The notes: generated by a model not told the origin, from the sequence alone. A DNA stretch of 64,000 nucleotides from Chiloscyllium plagiosum (GCF_004010195.1 NC_057719.1:17842165-17906164); one strand, 5' to 3'. Counted from the stretch's first letter, positions 38,200 through 52,519 are shown. Numbers and translations are program-made.

Positions 38200-38942
38200 C
38201 AAATGTTCTACAGTTAGTGGGACCCTGAGTCAAGCTATTCAAGTCCAGCGATAACACATTTGATAAAGTGCAAAATTGCCTAAATATGCTCTGTACACAC
38301 AAGCAAAGAAATCCAACCCACCATTTACCCTTATTCATCAGCAACCTCATGGAAGAGGATATCGGCAGTGCCATCAATGGTACTTGCCCAGGCATAACTC
38401 GCTCACGGACGGTCAGTTTGGGTTCTGCCAAGGCCACACAGCTCCTGATCTCATTACAGGCTTGGTCTAAAACTGGACAGAAGAGCTGAGTTCCAAGGAT
38501 ATGACTACTGGAGCTCCTCAGCATGGTGTCCTGCAGCCAGTCATCTCCAGCTGCTCACCAATGGCTTTGTCTCCGTCATGGAGGTCAGAAGTGGGGATTT
38601 TCACTCATGATGCAAAATATTCAGCATCATTTGTGACATCTCGGATACTGAAGTCACCTGTTTCTATGTGAAGCTAGACCTGGGCAACATCTAGGCTTGA
38701 CCTGATAAATAGCAAGTCACATTCATACATACAAGGGCCAGGCAATGACCATCTCCATCGAAAGTGCACCTCTCCTTTGACCTTCAATGGAAGTATCACT
38801 GAATAACATCCTGGGGGGTTACAATTGCATAGAAACTCAGCTGACTCACAATATTAATTTGATAGCTACAAGGACAGGTCAAAGGATAGGAAATCTGCAA
38901 TATTAACTTATCTTCTGCCTCCACAATGTTTGTCCACCATTG
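38200..38942 (+). mobile_element. LINE RT fragment (CR1/L2-group family 2)
   Basis: HNSLTDGQFGFCQGHTAPDLITGLV; similar to the 34320-35610 fragment. Confidence 0.75.
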
Positions 38943-38944
38943 AC

Positions 38945-40068
38945 TAGTAAGGTGGGGGGGTGGGGGACCCCAGCGAGATAGTGACGAAAGATTTCAATCT
39001 GAAACTGGTACATTTGAGAACAATGGCAAGTCAAACAGTCAGGGCAGGCAGGGACAAGGTCGGACTGATAAATTAAACTGCATTTATTTCAATGCAAGGG
39101 GCCTAACAGGGAAGGCAGATGAACTCAGAGCATGGTTAGGAACATGGGATTGGGATATTATAGCAATTACAGAAACGTGGCTCAGGCTTGGACAGAACTG
39201 GCAGCTTAATGTTCTAGGATACAAATGCTACAGGAAGGACAGAAAGGGAGGCAAGAGAGGAGGGGGAGTGGCATTTTTGATACGGGATAGCATTACAGCT
39301 GTACTGAGAGGGGATATTCCCGGAAATACATCCAGAGAAGTTATTTGGGTAGAACTGAGAAATAAGAAAGGGATGATCACCTTTTTGGGATTGTATTATA
39401 GACCCCCCTAATAGTCAGAGGGAAATTGAGGAACAAATTTGTAAGGAGATCTCAGTTATCTGTAAGAATAATAGGGTGGTTACAGTAGGGGATTTTAACT
39501 TTCCAAACATAGACTGGGACTGCCATAGTGTTAAGGGTTTAGATGGGGAGGAATTTGTTAAGTGTGTACAAGAAAGTTTTCTGATTCAGTATGTGGATGT
39601 ATCTACTAGAGAAGGTGCAAAACTTGACCTACTCTTGGGAAATAAGGCGGGTGACTGAGGTGTCAGTGGGGGAGCACTTTGGAGCCAGTGACCATAATTC
39701 TATTAGTTTTAAAATAGTGATGGAAAAGGACAGATCAGATCTAAAAGTTGAAGTTCTAAATTGGAGAAAGGCTAATTTTGACGGTATTAGGCAAGAACTT
39801 TCAAAAGCTGATTGGGGGCAGATGTTCACAGGTAAAGGGACGGCTGGAAAGGGAAGCCTTCAGAAATTAGATAGCGAGAGTCTAGAGAAAGTATATTCCT
39901 GTTTGGATGAAAGGAAAGGCTGGTAGGTATTGAGAATGCTGGATGACTAAAGAAATTGAGGGTTTGGTGAAGAAAGAGAAGGAAGCAAATGTCAGGAACA
40001 GACAGGATAGATCGAGTGAATCCTTAGAAGAGGATAATGGCAGTAGGAGTATACTTAAGAGAGAAATC
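38945..40068 (+). mobile_element. CR1 LINE ORF2 endonuclease fragment (same subfamily as 20070-21135)
   Basis: CIYFNARGL..ITETW..GDFNFPNIDWD..SDHN; closely similar to 20140-21135. Confidence 0.92.
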
Positions 40069-43000
40069 TCTTAATTGTGACCCCTCGTAATTGAGTCCCC
40101 CACTCTGGGAAAAAGCTTCTTGTTATCCACCCTGTTTATACCTTTCAATGGTGTTGTGGACCTCAATCAGGTCTCCCTCTCAACCTTTGTATCTCTAATG
40201 AACATAATCCTAATCTATTCAACCTCTCTTCATAGCTAGCACCCTTCATATCAGGCAACATCCTAGTGAACCTCCTCTGTACCCTCTCCAAAGCATCCAC
40301 ATCATTTTGGTAATGTGGTGACCAGAACTGTATGCTGTATTCCAAATGTGGCTGAACCAAAGTCTTATACAGTTGTAAGATGACCTGCCAACTCTTGCAC
40401 TCAATACCCCATCCAATGAAGGAAAGCATACCGTATGCCTTCTTGACCACTCTATTGACCTGCATTGCCACCTTCAGGGAACAATGGATCTGAACACCCA
40501 GATCACTCTGTACATTAAGTAAATGGAAAAGTCCTGGGGAAAATTATAGTTTGCTCTTGAATTGGACTTTCCAAAATGCATTACTTCACATCTGCCCACA
40601 TTGAACTCCATCTGCCATTTCTCTGCCCAACTCTCTAATCTCTCTATTCTGCTGTATTCTCTGACAGTCCCCTTAACTATCTGCTACTCCACCAATCTTA
40701 GTGTCATCGACAAACTTGCTAATCAGGCAACCCACACCTTCCTCCGAATCATTTATGTATATCACAAAGAACAGTGCTCCCATCACAGATCCCTGTCGAA
40801 CACCACTGGTCACAGGTCTCCATTTTGAGAAACTCCCTTCCACTCTTACTTTGTGTCCTGTTGCCCAGTCAGTTCTTTATCCATCTAGCTAGTACAACCT
40901 AAACCCCATGCGACTTCATCTGCTCCATCAGTCTATCATGGGGAACCTTATCAAATGCCTTACTGAAGTCAATGTAAATGACATTCACAGGCCCTCCCTC
41001 AATGACCTTTGTAACTTCCTCAAAGAATTCTATTAAGTTGGTAAGACATGACCTTCCCTGCAGAAATTCATGTTGCCTATCACTGATAGGCCCATTTTCT
41101 TCCAAATGGGAATAGATTCTATCCTTTAGTATCTTCTCTAGGAGCTTCCCTACCACTGTCATCCAACTCACCGGTCTATAATTACCTGGATTATCACTGC
41201 TACTCTTCTTAAAAAAGGGGACAACATTAGCAATTCTCCAGTCCTCCAAAACTTCACCCGTGTTCAAGGATACTGCAAAGATTTCTGTTAAGGCCCCAGT
41301 TATTTCCTCTCTCATTTCCTTCAGTAATCTGGGATCGATTCCATCCAGATCTGGGGACTTGTGCACCTTAATGCCTTTTAGGATACCAAAGACTTCCTCC
41401 CTCCTTATACTGACTTGACCTAGAGTAATCAAACATCTATCCCCCACCTCAACATCTGTCATGTCCCTCTCCTTGGTGAATACCGATGCAAAGTACTTAT
41501 TAAGAATTTCACCCATTTTCTCTGATCCACACATAACTTTCTTCCTTTGTCCTTGAGTGGGTTAACCTTTTCTCTAGTTACCCTCTTGCTCCTTATAATA
41601 TGATTAAAAGTCTTTGGGATTTTCTTTAAATCTGTTTGCTAAAGATATTTCATGATCCCTTTTAGCCCTCTTTATTCCTCATTTCAGGTCGGTCGTATAT
41701 TCCTGATATTCTTCCAAAGATTAATTTGTCTTCAGATGCCAAGACCTTATGTATGCTTCCTTTTCCCTCTTAGCTAGTCTCACAATTTCACCAGTCATCC
41801 ATGCTTCCCTAATGTTGCCATTTCTAACCCTCATTTTCACATGGATATATCTTTCCCGCAACCTAATCAACCTCTCTTTAAAAGCCTCCCACAAATCAAA
41901 TGTGGATTTACCTTCAAAACTACATTCCCCAACTCCTGCCGAATTTTGGTATAGCTGGCCTTCCCCAAGTTTAGCACTCTTCCTTTCGGAACACTCTCTT
42001 CTTTGTCCATGAGTATTCTAAAACGTAAGGAATTATGATCACTATTCCCAAAGTAATCCCCTACTGAAACTTCAACCACTTGGCTGGGCTTATTCCCCAA
42101 CACCAGGTCAAGTATTACCCCTTCCTGAGTTGGATTATTTGAATTGAAATGAATTGAATTGAATTGAATTTATTGTCACGTGTACCGAGGCACAGTGAAA
42201 AGTTTCGTCTTGTGAGCAATACAGGCAGATCAGATTGTGAAGTAGCATAGAAAGTAAATAAGAGGTAAACAGCCACAAAAGGAAAAACACAGGTACAGGT
42301 GAATGTTAAGAGTTTGTGAGTCTATTCAGTATTCTCACAAGTCATGTAGAAACTGTTACAAAACCAGCTGGTGTGTGTGTTCAGGCTTCTGTACCTTCTG
42401 CCCGATGGTAGAGGTTTTTGGAAAAACATTGCCAGGGAGGGATGGATCTTTGAGAATGCTGGTGGCCTTTCCTTGACAGTGGGCCTGGAAGATGGATTCT
42501 ATAGATGGGAGGCTGGCCTTTGTGATTGTCCAAGCCGAGTTAGTCATTCTCTGTAACCATCTCCGATCATGAATAGTACAGTTGCCATACCAGGTAGTGA
42601 TACATCCAGACAGAATGCTCTCGATGGCGCACCTATAAATGTTGGCAAGGATATTTGTTGTCATGCTAATTTCCACAGCTGCCTGAGGAAGAAGAGACAT
42701 TGTTGGGCCTTTGTAACCAGTGCGTCCACATGAAGAGTCCAAGAAAGCTTGTTGTGGATGACCACTCCCAGGAGCTTGACACTCTCCACTCGTTCCACCT
42801 CTGTGCTGGAAATGTTAAGGGGGTTATGAGTAACATCCCGCCGAAAGTCAATAATGAGTTCCTTGGTATGCTGGCATTGAGAGCTAGGTTGTTCTCAGTG
42901 CACCATTTTCCAGGTCTTCCACCTCCCATCTTGTAGTCTGTTTTGTTGCCATCTGAGATTCGACCGACTATGGTGGTGCCATCAACGAACTCGTAAATGG

Positions 43001-44880
43001 CAATAGTCTGGTATTTGGCGACACACTCCTGGATCTACACTGAGTACATAGGGGTCTGAGTAGGCACCCCTGGGGGGTGGGGGGTGGTGGCAGGGGGATG
43101 GCTCCAGGGATGAGTGTTAGTGAGGATGAAATATTGTCCCCAATCTTCACTGATTATGGCCTGTGAGTCAAGAAACTGATGATCCAGTTGCAGAAAGTGG
43201 GGCATAGTCCAAGATCACTAAGTTTAGTAATCAGTCTCGAGGGGATAATAGTGTTGAAGACTGAACTGCAGTCAATGAGTAGGATTCTTACATAGCTGTT
43301 CTTGGTGTCAAGATGTTCTAGGGAGGAGTGAAAGGCAAGTGATATGGCATCTGACATGCATCTGTTGGTCCGATAGGCAAATTGGAGTGGATCAAGAGTA
43401 GTGGGGAGGCTGGAGTTAATTAATGCCATGACCAGCCTTTCAAAGGACTTCATGACCACCGAAGTTAGGGTCACTGGGCGGTAGTCATTGAGCCATGCTG
43501 CATGAGCCTACATACATTTACATACTGCTCTAGAAAACCCTCCTGGATGCTCCTTACAAATTCTGCTCCATCTAGACCTCTAATACTATGTGAATCCCAG
43601 TCAATGTTGGGAATGTGAAAATCCCCTATCACCACCAGCCTGTTGCTCCTACATCTTTCCATAATCCATTTACATATTTGTACCTCTATTTCTTGTGAGC
43701 TGTTGGGAGGCCTGTAATACAGCCCCAACATTGTTACCGCACCCTTTCTATTTCTGAGCACTGCCCATATTGCCTCACTGCTCGGGTCCTCCATTGTACC
43801 CTCCTTCAGCACAGCTGTGATATCTTCTCTGACCAGTAATGCAACTCTTCCACTCCTTTTACCTCCCTCACTATCCCACCTGAAGCATCGATATCCTGGG
43901 ATATTTAGTTGTCAATCATGCCATACCCTCAACCAAGTCTCAGTAATAGCAATAACATTGTATCCCCAGGTACTAATCCAAGCCCGACGTTCATCAGCCT
44001 TACCTACTACACTTCTTGCATTAAAACGAAATGCACCTCAGACCACCTGTTCCTTTGTGTTCATCATTTGTTCCCTGCCTACTCTTCCCCTTAGTCATGC
44101 TGACTTCATCATCTAGTTCCTTAAAAGGCTTTAGTTGCTACCTCCTTACTGTCCACACATCTCATTTGGTTCCCCCCTGCCATATTAGTTTAAACTCTCC
44201 CCAATAGCATTTGCAAAAGTAACCCCAAGGACATTGGTTCCATCTGGCCCAGGTGTAGACCATCTAGTTTGTAATTGCCTCACCTCACCCAGAACCGGTC
44301 GCAATGTCCAAAAAATCTAAACCTTTCCTCCTGCACTCTCTCAAGTCATGCATTCATCCTGCCTATTCTTTCATTCCTCCTCTGACTAGCATGTGGCACT
44401 GGTAGCAATCTTGAGATTACTACCTCTGAGGTCCTACTTTTTAACTTGGCTCCTAACTCCCTAATTTCTGTTTGTAGTACCTCATCCCGTTTTTTACCTA
44501 TATCATTGGTGCCTATATGCACCATGGCATTTGGCTGTTCACCCTTCCCCTTCAGAATGTTCTGTAGCCGATCCGAGACATCCCTGACTCGTGCAGCTGG
44601 GAGGCAACATACCATTCGGGAATTCAGTTTTTGACCATAAAACTACCTATTCCCCCTACAATTGAATCCCCTATGACTATAGCCTTTCTGTACAGCAGAG
44701 CCAGCCATGGATGCCATAAGCTTGGCTACTGCTGCCTTCCCTTGGTGAGCCATCCCCCCTGCCTAAATATATCAGTTCACTCACCTTCCCTGAGTGCAAT
44801 TTGACCGCTCCCACTCAGCTCCTCGCTCTCACTGCTGCACCTGAAAATGGAGGCTGCTGACACTCGAGTTAAGTCCTTTT
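40069..44880 (-). mobile_element. Near-full-length CR1 LINE (3'-truncated) interrupted by Rex1
   Basis: ORF1 esterase CCLPAARVRDVS..VHIGTNDIG (44346-44615); endonuclease LGLYYRPP..GDFHIPNIDW; RT 40899-41534 [33 protein letters not shown]. Confidence 0.95.
42141..43515 (-). mobile_element. Rex1/Babar-type LINE 3' portion
   Basis: [60 protein letters not shown]; (caatt)n tail. Confidence 0.9.
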
Positions 44881-45684
44881 AAGAGGGAAACAGCTGTACT
44901 CACTGTTCAACAGAGGGGTCCTTCCACTACCTGAGATTGCCACAGTTCTCCCAGGACCAGATTGCTTTATGGACATTACAACCTCCATAAACTGCAGTGC
45001 TGTTATGTGCACCTATTCAGTATAACTGCATTAAACTACTCATACAAACATTGTAAGATAGTTACATAATTGCTATAATTCACACATCTCTACCAATATA
45101 AAGTGAACAGTATATCTACAGTGAATGGCATTGTAGACCTACCAATAGGAATTACTGAAGGCATTCCATATATTCTCAGCAAACTACTCCAGCCGATTAA
45201 TATATGCTTCTTTTTAACATCATTACATTGCACAATGTCACATTTATAAACTAATCATTGCCCAGTAAACATACGCTTTATCGTTCAGGAGAACTATAAT
45301 AAATTAATCAATAATTTAAGCTATGCTGTACAACAGTTATAAGATTGGCATTAAAACCAGTTAAATTTCACAGGACAATTTCTGTAAACTATGTACAAAA
45401 AACACTAAAAAGTATCAGTATTTTTAGCTGCCTTAATAATCTTACATCATGCATAGCATGACCATTAAAATTTAGTTAAACCAGTTGAAATTGCATGGTA
45501 CCACTGCTCTGCTGCAACACTATACAATTACTACAACCCACTTGGTACATCTTTGTGAACTACTTTATGACTGTTCGGTTTTTCAATTCAAATAAAATAA
45601 TTCTCACACTGCAAATGGAGTAGTCTGTAGCGTATAACTACCAAAACCCTTCGAAACCCACAACTGAAACTACACAGCCAAACT

Positions 45685-45772
45685 AAGGGAACGTCATCAA
45701 CCTGAAATATTGACTCTGTTTCTCTCTTTACAAATGCAGTTTGATCTGCTGCGTATTTCCAGCATTTTCTCC
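45685..45772 (+). mobile_element. Family E short repeat (degraded)
   Basis: gtcatcaacctgaaatattgactctgtttctctc..gatctgctgcgtatttccagcattttct. Confidence 0.55.
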
Positions 45773-45954
45773 CCTTACTATAACAATTGTAAACTGCACT
45801 CTCAGACAGACATTCTAAAACAATGCAGCATACACTCTGCACTGCAGCCATAATTAATTATTTATTTATTATAAACTGTGTAAATGACACAGTAATCATT
45901 TCAGCTATTAGAGAATCACACTATAACTGCAACAACACCTCTTTTTCCTCAGGT

Positions 45955-46500
45955 GGCTCAGGAACTCAGCACACACATAAGGACCCACCTATGCAGTTGA
46001 ACCATAGAAAGCATTCTATCTGGGTGCATAACGGCCTGATATGGCAATGGCTTTGCCTCGGACAGTAAGAAACTACAGAAATTGTGTGCACAGCCCAGAC
46101 CATCATGGTAGTCAACCTTCCATCCTTGGACTCCATTTACACGTCCCATTGCCACGGAAAGGCTGCCAACATCATCAAAGACCCCTCCCAACCCGGTAAT
46201 GCTCTCCTACAACTTCTTCTGTCAGGCAGATGATAGAGAAGCTTGAACTTATGCACCAACAGGTTCAAGAACAGCTTCTTCCCTGTTGTTATTAGACTGA
46301 AGAGACTGTCAAACTTCAAATAACGTTGATCATGCTTTGCGTACCTCCTGTGCTGTAGTAACCTGTATGTGCCACTCCTTTATGAACACCCTATGGTCTG
46401 TATATCCTTATTTGCTATGGTCTACCTGTTCTGCTCGCAAAACAAAGCTTTTCATTGAACTTCGGTACAAGTGACTACAATAGATCAAATCAAAATCAAT
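45955..46500 (+). mobile_element. Rex1-type LINE 3' fragment
   Basis: catagaaagcattctatctgggtgcataacggcctgatatggcaa..aggctgccaacatcatcaaagacccctccca; reverse match to 42141-42650. Confidence 0.85.
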
Positions 46501-47924
46501 GAATTACAGAATACAATTACTGCAGCTACAGTTTGTGTAACACAGTACATCCATTATAAAAGGTATTAAATATCCTGTTACATTGCACAGCACAACACAA
46601 GCCTGATAAACTACACAATTTAGGCACTAGAAATTTATTGTGAACGAGACTTAATTGTTAAAATCTACTCAATACGGCCAGTATAAACTATTCTGTATAA
46701 TTACTAAACTTATAAAGTACAACATCCATAAATTTCTCAATTGAACCCTGAAAATTCATAGTACTTGATAAGAAAGTGCCCAAAAATAACCACTCGAAGC
46801 TATTCTGTCCAACTTCTATAAACATCTCAACTCCTATAAACTGCACAATGCAACCACTATAAACTGAGTAGTGCCCCTATAAACTTCACAGTGTAACCCC
46901 TATAAATTGTTTAACATGGCTATATTAAGTGCACACAACTGCAGTAAAATGCACAATACAAATATTTAAGATGATTCAGTATAAAATCCACTATACAACC
47001 ACTATAAACTAAATATAAAAACCCATTATAAATTGCATAACTCAACCATTATAATGTGCACGGTACATTTATGACAACCTAATATTACAACTACTGAATG
47101 GAACAGTTGTAAAATACATCATAGAAAACTTATAAACTTGTTCATACTCTACTATAACCTGAAAGGTAGACATGTGTATAATGATTATACACAGTAATTA
47201 CTTGGGGTAACCCAGTCAGTACAGTGACTATAAACTGCGCAGTACATGTTTGTTAAACCACTGTTACAAGTTGAAGTCTGTTGAGCTACCAAGTTAGGTT
47301 TGGCTGCTCAGAGAAGTGATCTTGTTTCCGTCCTATTGAGGATTGGCTCTCATTCCCATGCATCTTCTTGTGTGGGAATGGGAACCAGGACTGTAACAAT
47401 GATCTTTGATTGTATTCTATAGGGGCTACTCCTTCAGCTTCTCTGGAAAATGGGTTGAGTTGACAGAAGGCAATGGGATGTTTTATGATGCATAAGTGGC
47501 TCTATTCCACAGCAAGCAAATAAATACACAGCGCTCTGACTATAATGCTTCGCTTGTCTCAAACTAAATAACTATATGCTAGCCCAGCTCAGCCCACCAT
47601 ACACAAGGTAAAGGATGAAGTTTCTCCTCTCAGTGATTTACTGATGGTTCTCTACGTAACACAGAAGGAAGCCATTCAACCCATTGTGCTTCAGCTGGCT
47701 CTTGTCAAAACCATCCAATCAGACCCCCTCCAACCAGTCTTACAACACCAAGTTAGCTGGCATTTTCCTGAAAAACTAGATATCTGTGAATGTGCTCCTC
47801 CATTACCATGGAGCATTACCATAGCTCTCCATAGTAAACAGACTAAACAGCCAATGCACTACAGGTTGCTTTTGTTCTGAAATCATTGCAGAAAAAAATT
47901 GAAAATGGCTCTTAAATTGAAAGC

Positions 47925-49270
47925 ACGGAAACCATTCATCGTTGGCAATCACTCACTAATGAGTATGGTCGTTTGCCAAGGGAAATTCCGTGTTACTGGT
48001 CTTGATTCTGTGGTCCTTGTGTTGAACTCAATTCCAGAGCCACATTTCCGACCACACATTTGGCAGGTGTTTCAGGGAGGTGGAATTGGTCTTTGGCCTT
48101 GAAATCACTGGCATTTCATTTGACAGTTCCTTTTCTATACACACACTTGCCTCTGGGTGTTCTCAAAGACTATCCTTTCATATGAGAGTTTTCTCCACAC
48201 CAGTTTCTTCTAAACAAGGGTCTCCCATGCATCGATATCTATGTTCTATTTCTTGAGGGATGCCTCCAAGGAGTCTTTAAAACAATTCCTTTGTCTTCCT
48301 CTCTTTTGAGAGCTTTCCTTGAGCTGGGTCAAGATGATTTGTTTTGGTAGTAGGAACTCAGGCATCCAAAACACATGGCCGGCCTAGCAAAATTGATTTC
48401 GGATGATTGTAGTCCCACTGCTGGTGCAGTTAGTTGCTTCAAGGAGGCTGATGTTGGTATACTTGTCCTCCCAGATGATGCAGAGATTCAATCTCAAGCA
48501 GCATTGATGGTACTTCTCGGGGCTGAGGTGGCATCTATACACTGTCCAAGTTTGAGCCATATAGAAGATTCTGAAGGATGACTGCATTACACTCAAGGAT
48601 CTTGGTATCAGTATAGATGTCATGGTCATTGAAAACTCTCATCCTTAGGTGTCTGAAAGTGGTGCTTGCCAACTGAATGTGGAGTTGGATCGCGGCAAAG
48701 TCAGCCTTAGATGGGAGGGGGCTTTCCAGGTAAGAGATATTTTTCACTTTTGGAAGGATTTATTCATTTATCTTAATGGAGGGAAGTGTCAGAGCCTGCC
48801 TTAAATGGGTTGATAAAGGACTTGAGTCTTCTTGAGACTGAGGTTGACATTAATTTTTAAGTATGCTTCCATAAAGCCATTATGCGAGGCCTGGAGATTC
48901 TCTTCCGAGAGACTGGAGGTGACATTGGCATCCACATAAAGAAGTTCCACCAGCAAGGTCAGTGTTGTTTTCTTCTTGGATTTCAACTGGTTGAGGTTGA
49001 AAAGTTTATTGTTTATCCTATAGATAATCTACACACTATTGGGAAGCTTGTATGTTTTGGAGGTGAAGAATGGTGGCGATGTAGATGGTGAAAAAGGAGG
49101 GGGGAGCTATGACACATTCTTACTTGACCCCTGTCTTGACCTCAAAGGATTCTGTCAAATTACCATTAATGAGGAATCTCGTCGCCATCTTGTTGTGGAG
49201 AAGATAGAGGATGTTAATAAATTTCTCAGGTGGATGAGCTTTAATAAGGTATTTTAATGCACTTCACCTG
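47925..49270 (-). mobile_element. RTE-clade LINE RT fragment
   Basis: gtcaagacaggggtcaag (VKTGVK), LVELLYVDA..SEENLQ..LSLKKTQVLYQP, ASTTFRHLRMRVF..DTKIL. Confidence 0.85.
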
Positions 49271-49482
49271 AAACAATTTCTGTATTGCTGGAACCTGAAT
49301 CTCTGGGAGTTCTTGTTTTGCTTTTTATTGTCTCTGACTGAGCCTGACACTTTGGGTTCAAGTCTCACTCTGTGGGTCAAAGACTTTTTTGATGAAAAAT
49401 TTATTCAGAAAATTAAACATTTTATCTTGGTGAAGTTTGAGTCATCCAGCTGACAAAGGCTTGGCACAACAGAATGAGCATT

Positions 49483-49760
49483 TTAGAATCCCTACAGTAT
49501 GGAAGCAGGTCATTTGGCCCATCAAGTCCAAACTGAGCTTCTGAAGTGCATCCCACCCAAACCCATCCCCCACCTATCCCTGTAACCCTATATTTCCCAT
49601 GGCTAATACACTTTATCTGCACATCTTTGGATTGTGGGAAGAAACTAGAGCACCTGGGGGAAACCCATGCAGATACGGGGAAAAATAGACAAACTCCACA
49701 CAGAATTGAACCCAGGTGCTGTGAGGCAGCAGTGCTAACCACTGAGCCACCATGCTGTCC
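49483..49760 (-). mobile_element. HE1-type V-SINE
   Basis: Reverse complement has gcatggtggctcagtggttagcactgctgcctcacagcacc, the V domain and the tail. Confidence 0.88.
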
Positions 49761-50337
49761 ATTTACCAGTAAATCTAAATTTAAAGTGAGAAACAGACTT
49801 AAAAAAAAACGTAAAACTACTTCCAGGTTAAATAGGGATACAGATAAATTTTGAAAAAAAAAATCACTGAAGCCTTATGGCTTTTGGTACATGTCAATTC
49901 AAAAGATTGAGCTAAATCTTTGGAGCATCTTTGGTGGCGTGCAAATGAGTGCTAGTGGATATGCCTAATCATGATTAAAATCACCCTGATGGTGATTTGT
50001 GGGTGCGCCCTGCTCCCTAATGACTGCATCATCGGGGAAAGTAGCAGGATAACCCTGTTGCTATGATGCATTGATGCTGTCCTGCCTTAGGGAGAAACTC
50101 CCAGAGATGGGTTATCATGGCATTCGGATGTACTGCCACAAAGTGGGCATTAAGGCATGTAAAGCCTCAAACCAGGGAAACATATTGCCAACACTAAAAT
50201 TGTCTTGGCATCAAATGAGGCCCCTGGAGTCTACCAGGAATTTGGCAACATCACAAAGGGAACTTCTCACTGGGAGCACAGCAGATCATATGTGGCTTAA
50301 ATAACTGGCAGCATCATGGAACACAATTCCATGGAAC

Positions 50338-51845
50338 AGAAGGGACCTGAAGAAAGGGATTAGGAGAGCTAAGAGAGGGCATGAAAAATCTTTGGCGGGT
50401 AGGATCAAGGATAACCCAAAGGCATTTTATGCGTATGTGAGAAACATGAGAATGACGAGAACGAGGGTAGGTCCGATCAAGGATAGTAGTGGGAGACTGT
50501 GTATTGAGTCGGAAGAGATAGGAGAGGTCTTGAATGAGTACTTTTCTTCAGTATTTACGAACGAGAGGGACCGTATTGTTGAAGAGGAGAGTGTGAAATG
50601 GACTGGTAAGAGGAGATACTGGTTAGGAAGGAAGATGTGTTGGACATTTTGAACAACTCGAGGATAGACAAGTTCCCCGGGCCTGACGGGATATATCCTA
50701 GGATTATGTGGGAAGCAAGAGAGGAAATTGCAGTACCGTTGGCAATGATCTTTTCATCTTCACTCTCAACAGGGGTGGTACCAGGGGACTGGAGAGTGGC
50801 GAATGTTGTGCCCCTGTTCAAAAAAGGGAATAGGGATAACCCCGGGAATTACAAGCCAGTTAGTCTTACTTCGGTGGTAGGCAAAGTAATGGAAAGGGTA
50901 CTGAGGGATAGGATTTATGAGTATCTGGAAAGACACTGCTTGATTAGGGACAGCCAGCACGGATTTGTGAAGGGGAGGTCTTGCCTTACAAGTCTTATTG
51001 AATTCTTCGAGGAAGTGACCAAGCATGTGGATGAGGGTAGAGCAGTGCAGGGTAGAGTAATTTTTATTAATGACTTGGATGAGGGAGTCGAAGGGTGGGT
51101 CAATAAATTTGCAGATGATACGAAGATNNNNNNNNNNNNNNNNNNNNNNNNNNNNNNNNNNNNNNNNNNNNNNNNNNNNNNNNNNNNNNNNNNNNNNNNN
51201 NNNNNNNNNNNNNNNNNNNNNNNNNNNNNNNNNNNNNNNNNNNNNNNNNNNNNNNNNNNNNNNNNNNNNNNNNNNNNNNNNNNNNNNNNNNNNNNNNNNN
51301 NNNNNNNNNNNNNNNNNNNNNNNNNNNNNNNNNNNNTTGGTGTACTGTGTGCAGTTCTGGTCGCCTCACTTTAGGAGAGATGTGGAAGCTTTGGAGAGGG
51401 TGCAGAGAAGATTTACCAGGATGGTGGCTGGAATGGAGAGGGAGTCGTACGAGGATAGGTTGAGAGTTCTCGGCCTTTTCTCGTTGGAACGGCGAAGGAT
51501 GAGGGGTGACTTGATAGAGGTTTATAAGATGATCAGAGGAATAGATAGAGTAGACAGTCAGAAACGTTTTCCCCGGGTACAACAGAGTGTTACAAGGGGA
51601 CATAAATTTAAGGTGAAGGGTGGAAGGTATAGGGGAGATGTCAGGGGTGGGTTCTTTACCCAGAGAGTGGTGGGGGCATGGAATGCGCTGCCTGTGGGAG
51701 TGGTAGAGTCAGAATCTTTGGTGACCTTTAAGCAGCAATTAGATAGGTACATGGATGGGTGCTTAAGCTAGGACAAATGTTCGGCACAACATCGTGGGCC
51801 GAAGGGTCTGTTCTGTGCTGTATTGTTCTATGTTCTATGTTCTAA
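50338..51845 (+). mobile_element. Young CR1 LINE 3' portion with internal RT deletion and a gap
   Basis: ORF 50637-51374 PGDWRVANVVPLFKKG..NYKPVSLTSVVGK; ORF 51070-51771 is the C-terminus; (tatgttc)n tail. Confidence 0.95.
51128..51336. other. Assembly gap (209 N)
   Basis: Run of N. Confidence 1.
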
Positions 51846-52519
51846 TTCAGATAGGAGACCAGGAGCAGCTACAGACGCTAATCTGGAGGTACTAACTCTC
51901 AACCCTGAGACCCCTTCCTCAGTACGGAGGAGGAAGGCTGGCCATTGGGAACACATTCATTTTGCAGAGTGTCCAGATTCTCCTCTTCTGCAGAGGTGCT
52001 CTTCACTCCAGGTCACACTACCATCTGGACATGGCTATGGTTTCTCCTCTAAGGCTACTAGCATCCTTCATCTGATAGTATCCTTAATGGGGCAGAGAAG
52101 GGGGAGACAGTGACTGTGGAGACTGCCAGTGACGGTATTTGCTTCAGAGTGCACACTGAAAATGTAAGGATCCAAGCTCAAGGATTCAATGCCCATGATA
52201 AAATTTACCCCACTGTGTTTTCTAAAGAAGCACAAATGTTTGTGGAAACATTGGTTGAACTGGGTTAATTTGTGTTCCACAGGCTTGCAGTAACAGGACT
52301 GCAGTAAATAATGCAATGCAATCAGCAGGAACATTAAAACTGTTCTGGCTGCTGGATAAAAGTCTGATAATTTGGCAACAGTACACAGGACACGCAAAGT
52401 CAATGCGATCTAAAGCTGGGTGCCAATGATGTATGAGTGAATTCAGCATGAAGATGAGTATTAGGAGTGACCCGAGATAGCCTTTCCTGACATTAAAAGT
52501 AATGTTTGTAAGATAGCAC

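Larger units (their letters stand above)
44970..47270. repeat. Highly degenerate ~23-bp minisatellite (ctataaactgcacagtacaac type), interrupted by TEs
   Basis: ctataaac recurs at ~23-bp spacing, e.g. 46834-46920. Confidence 0.7.
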
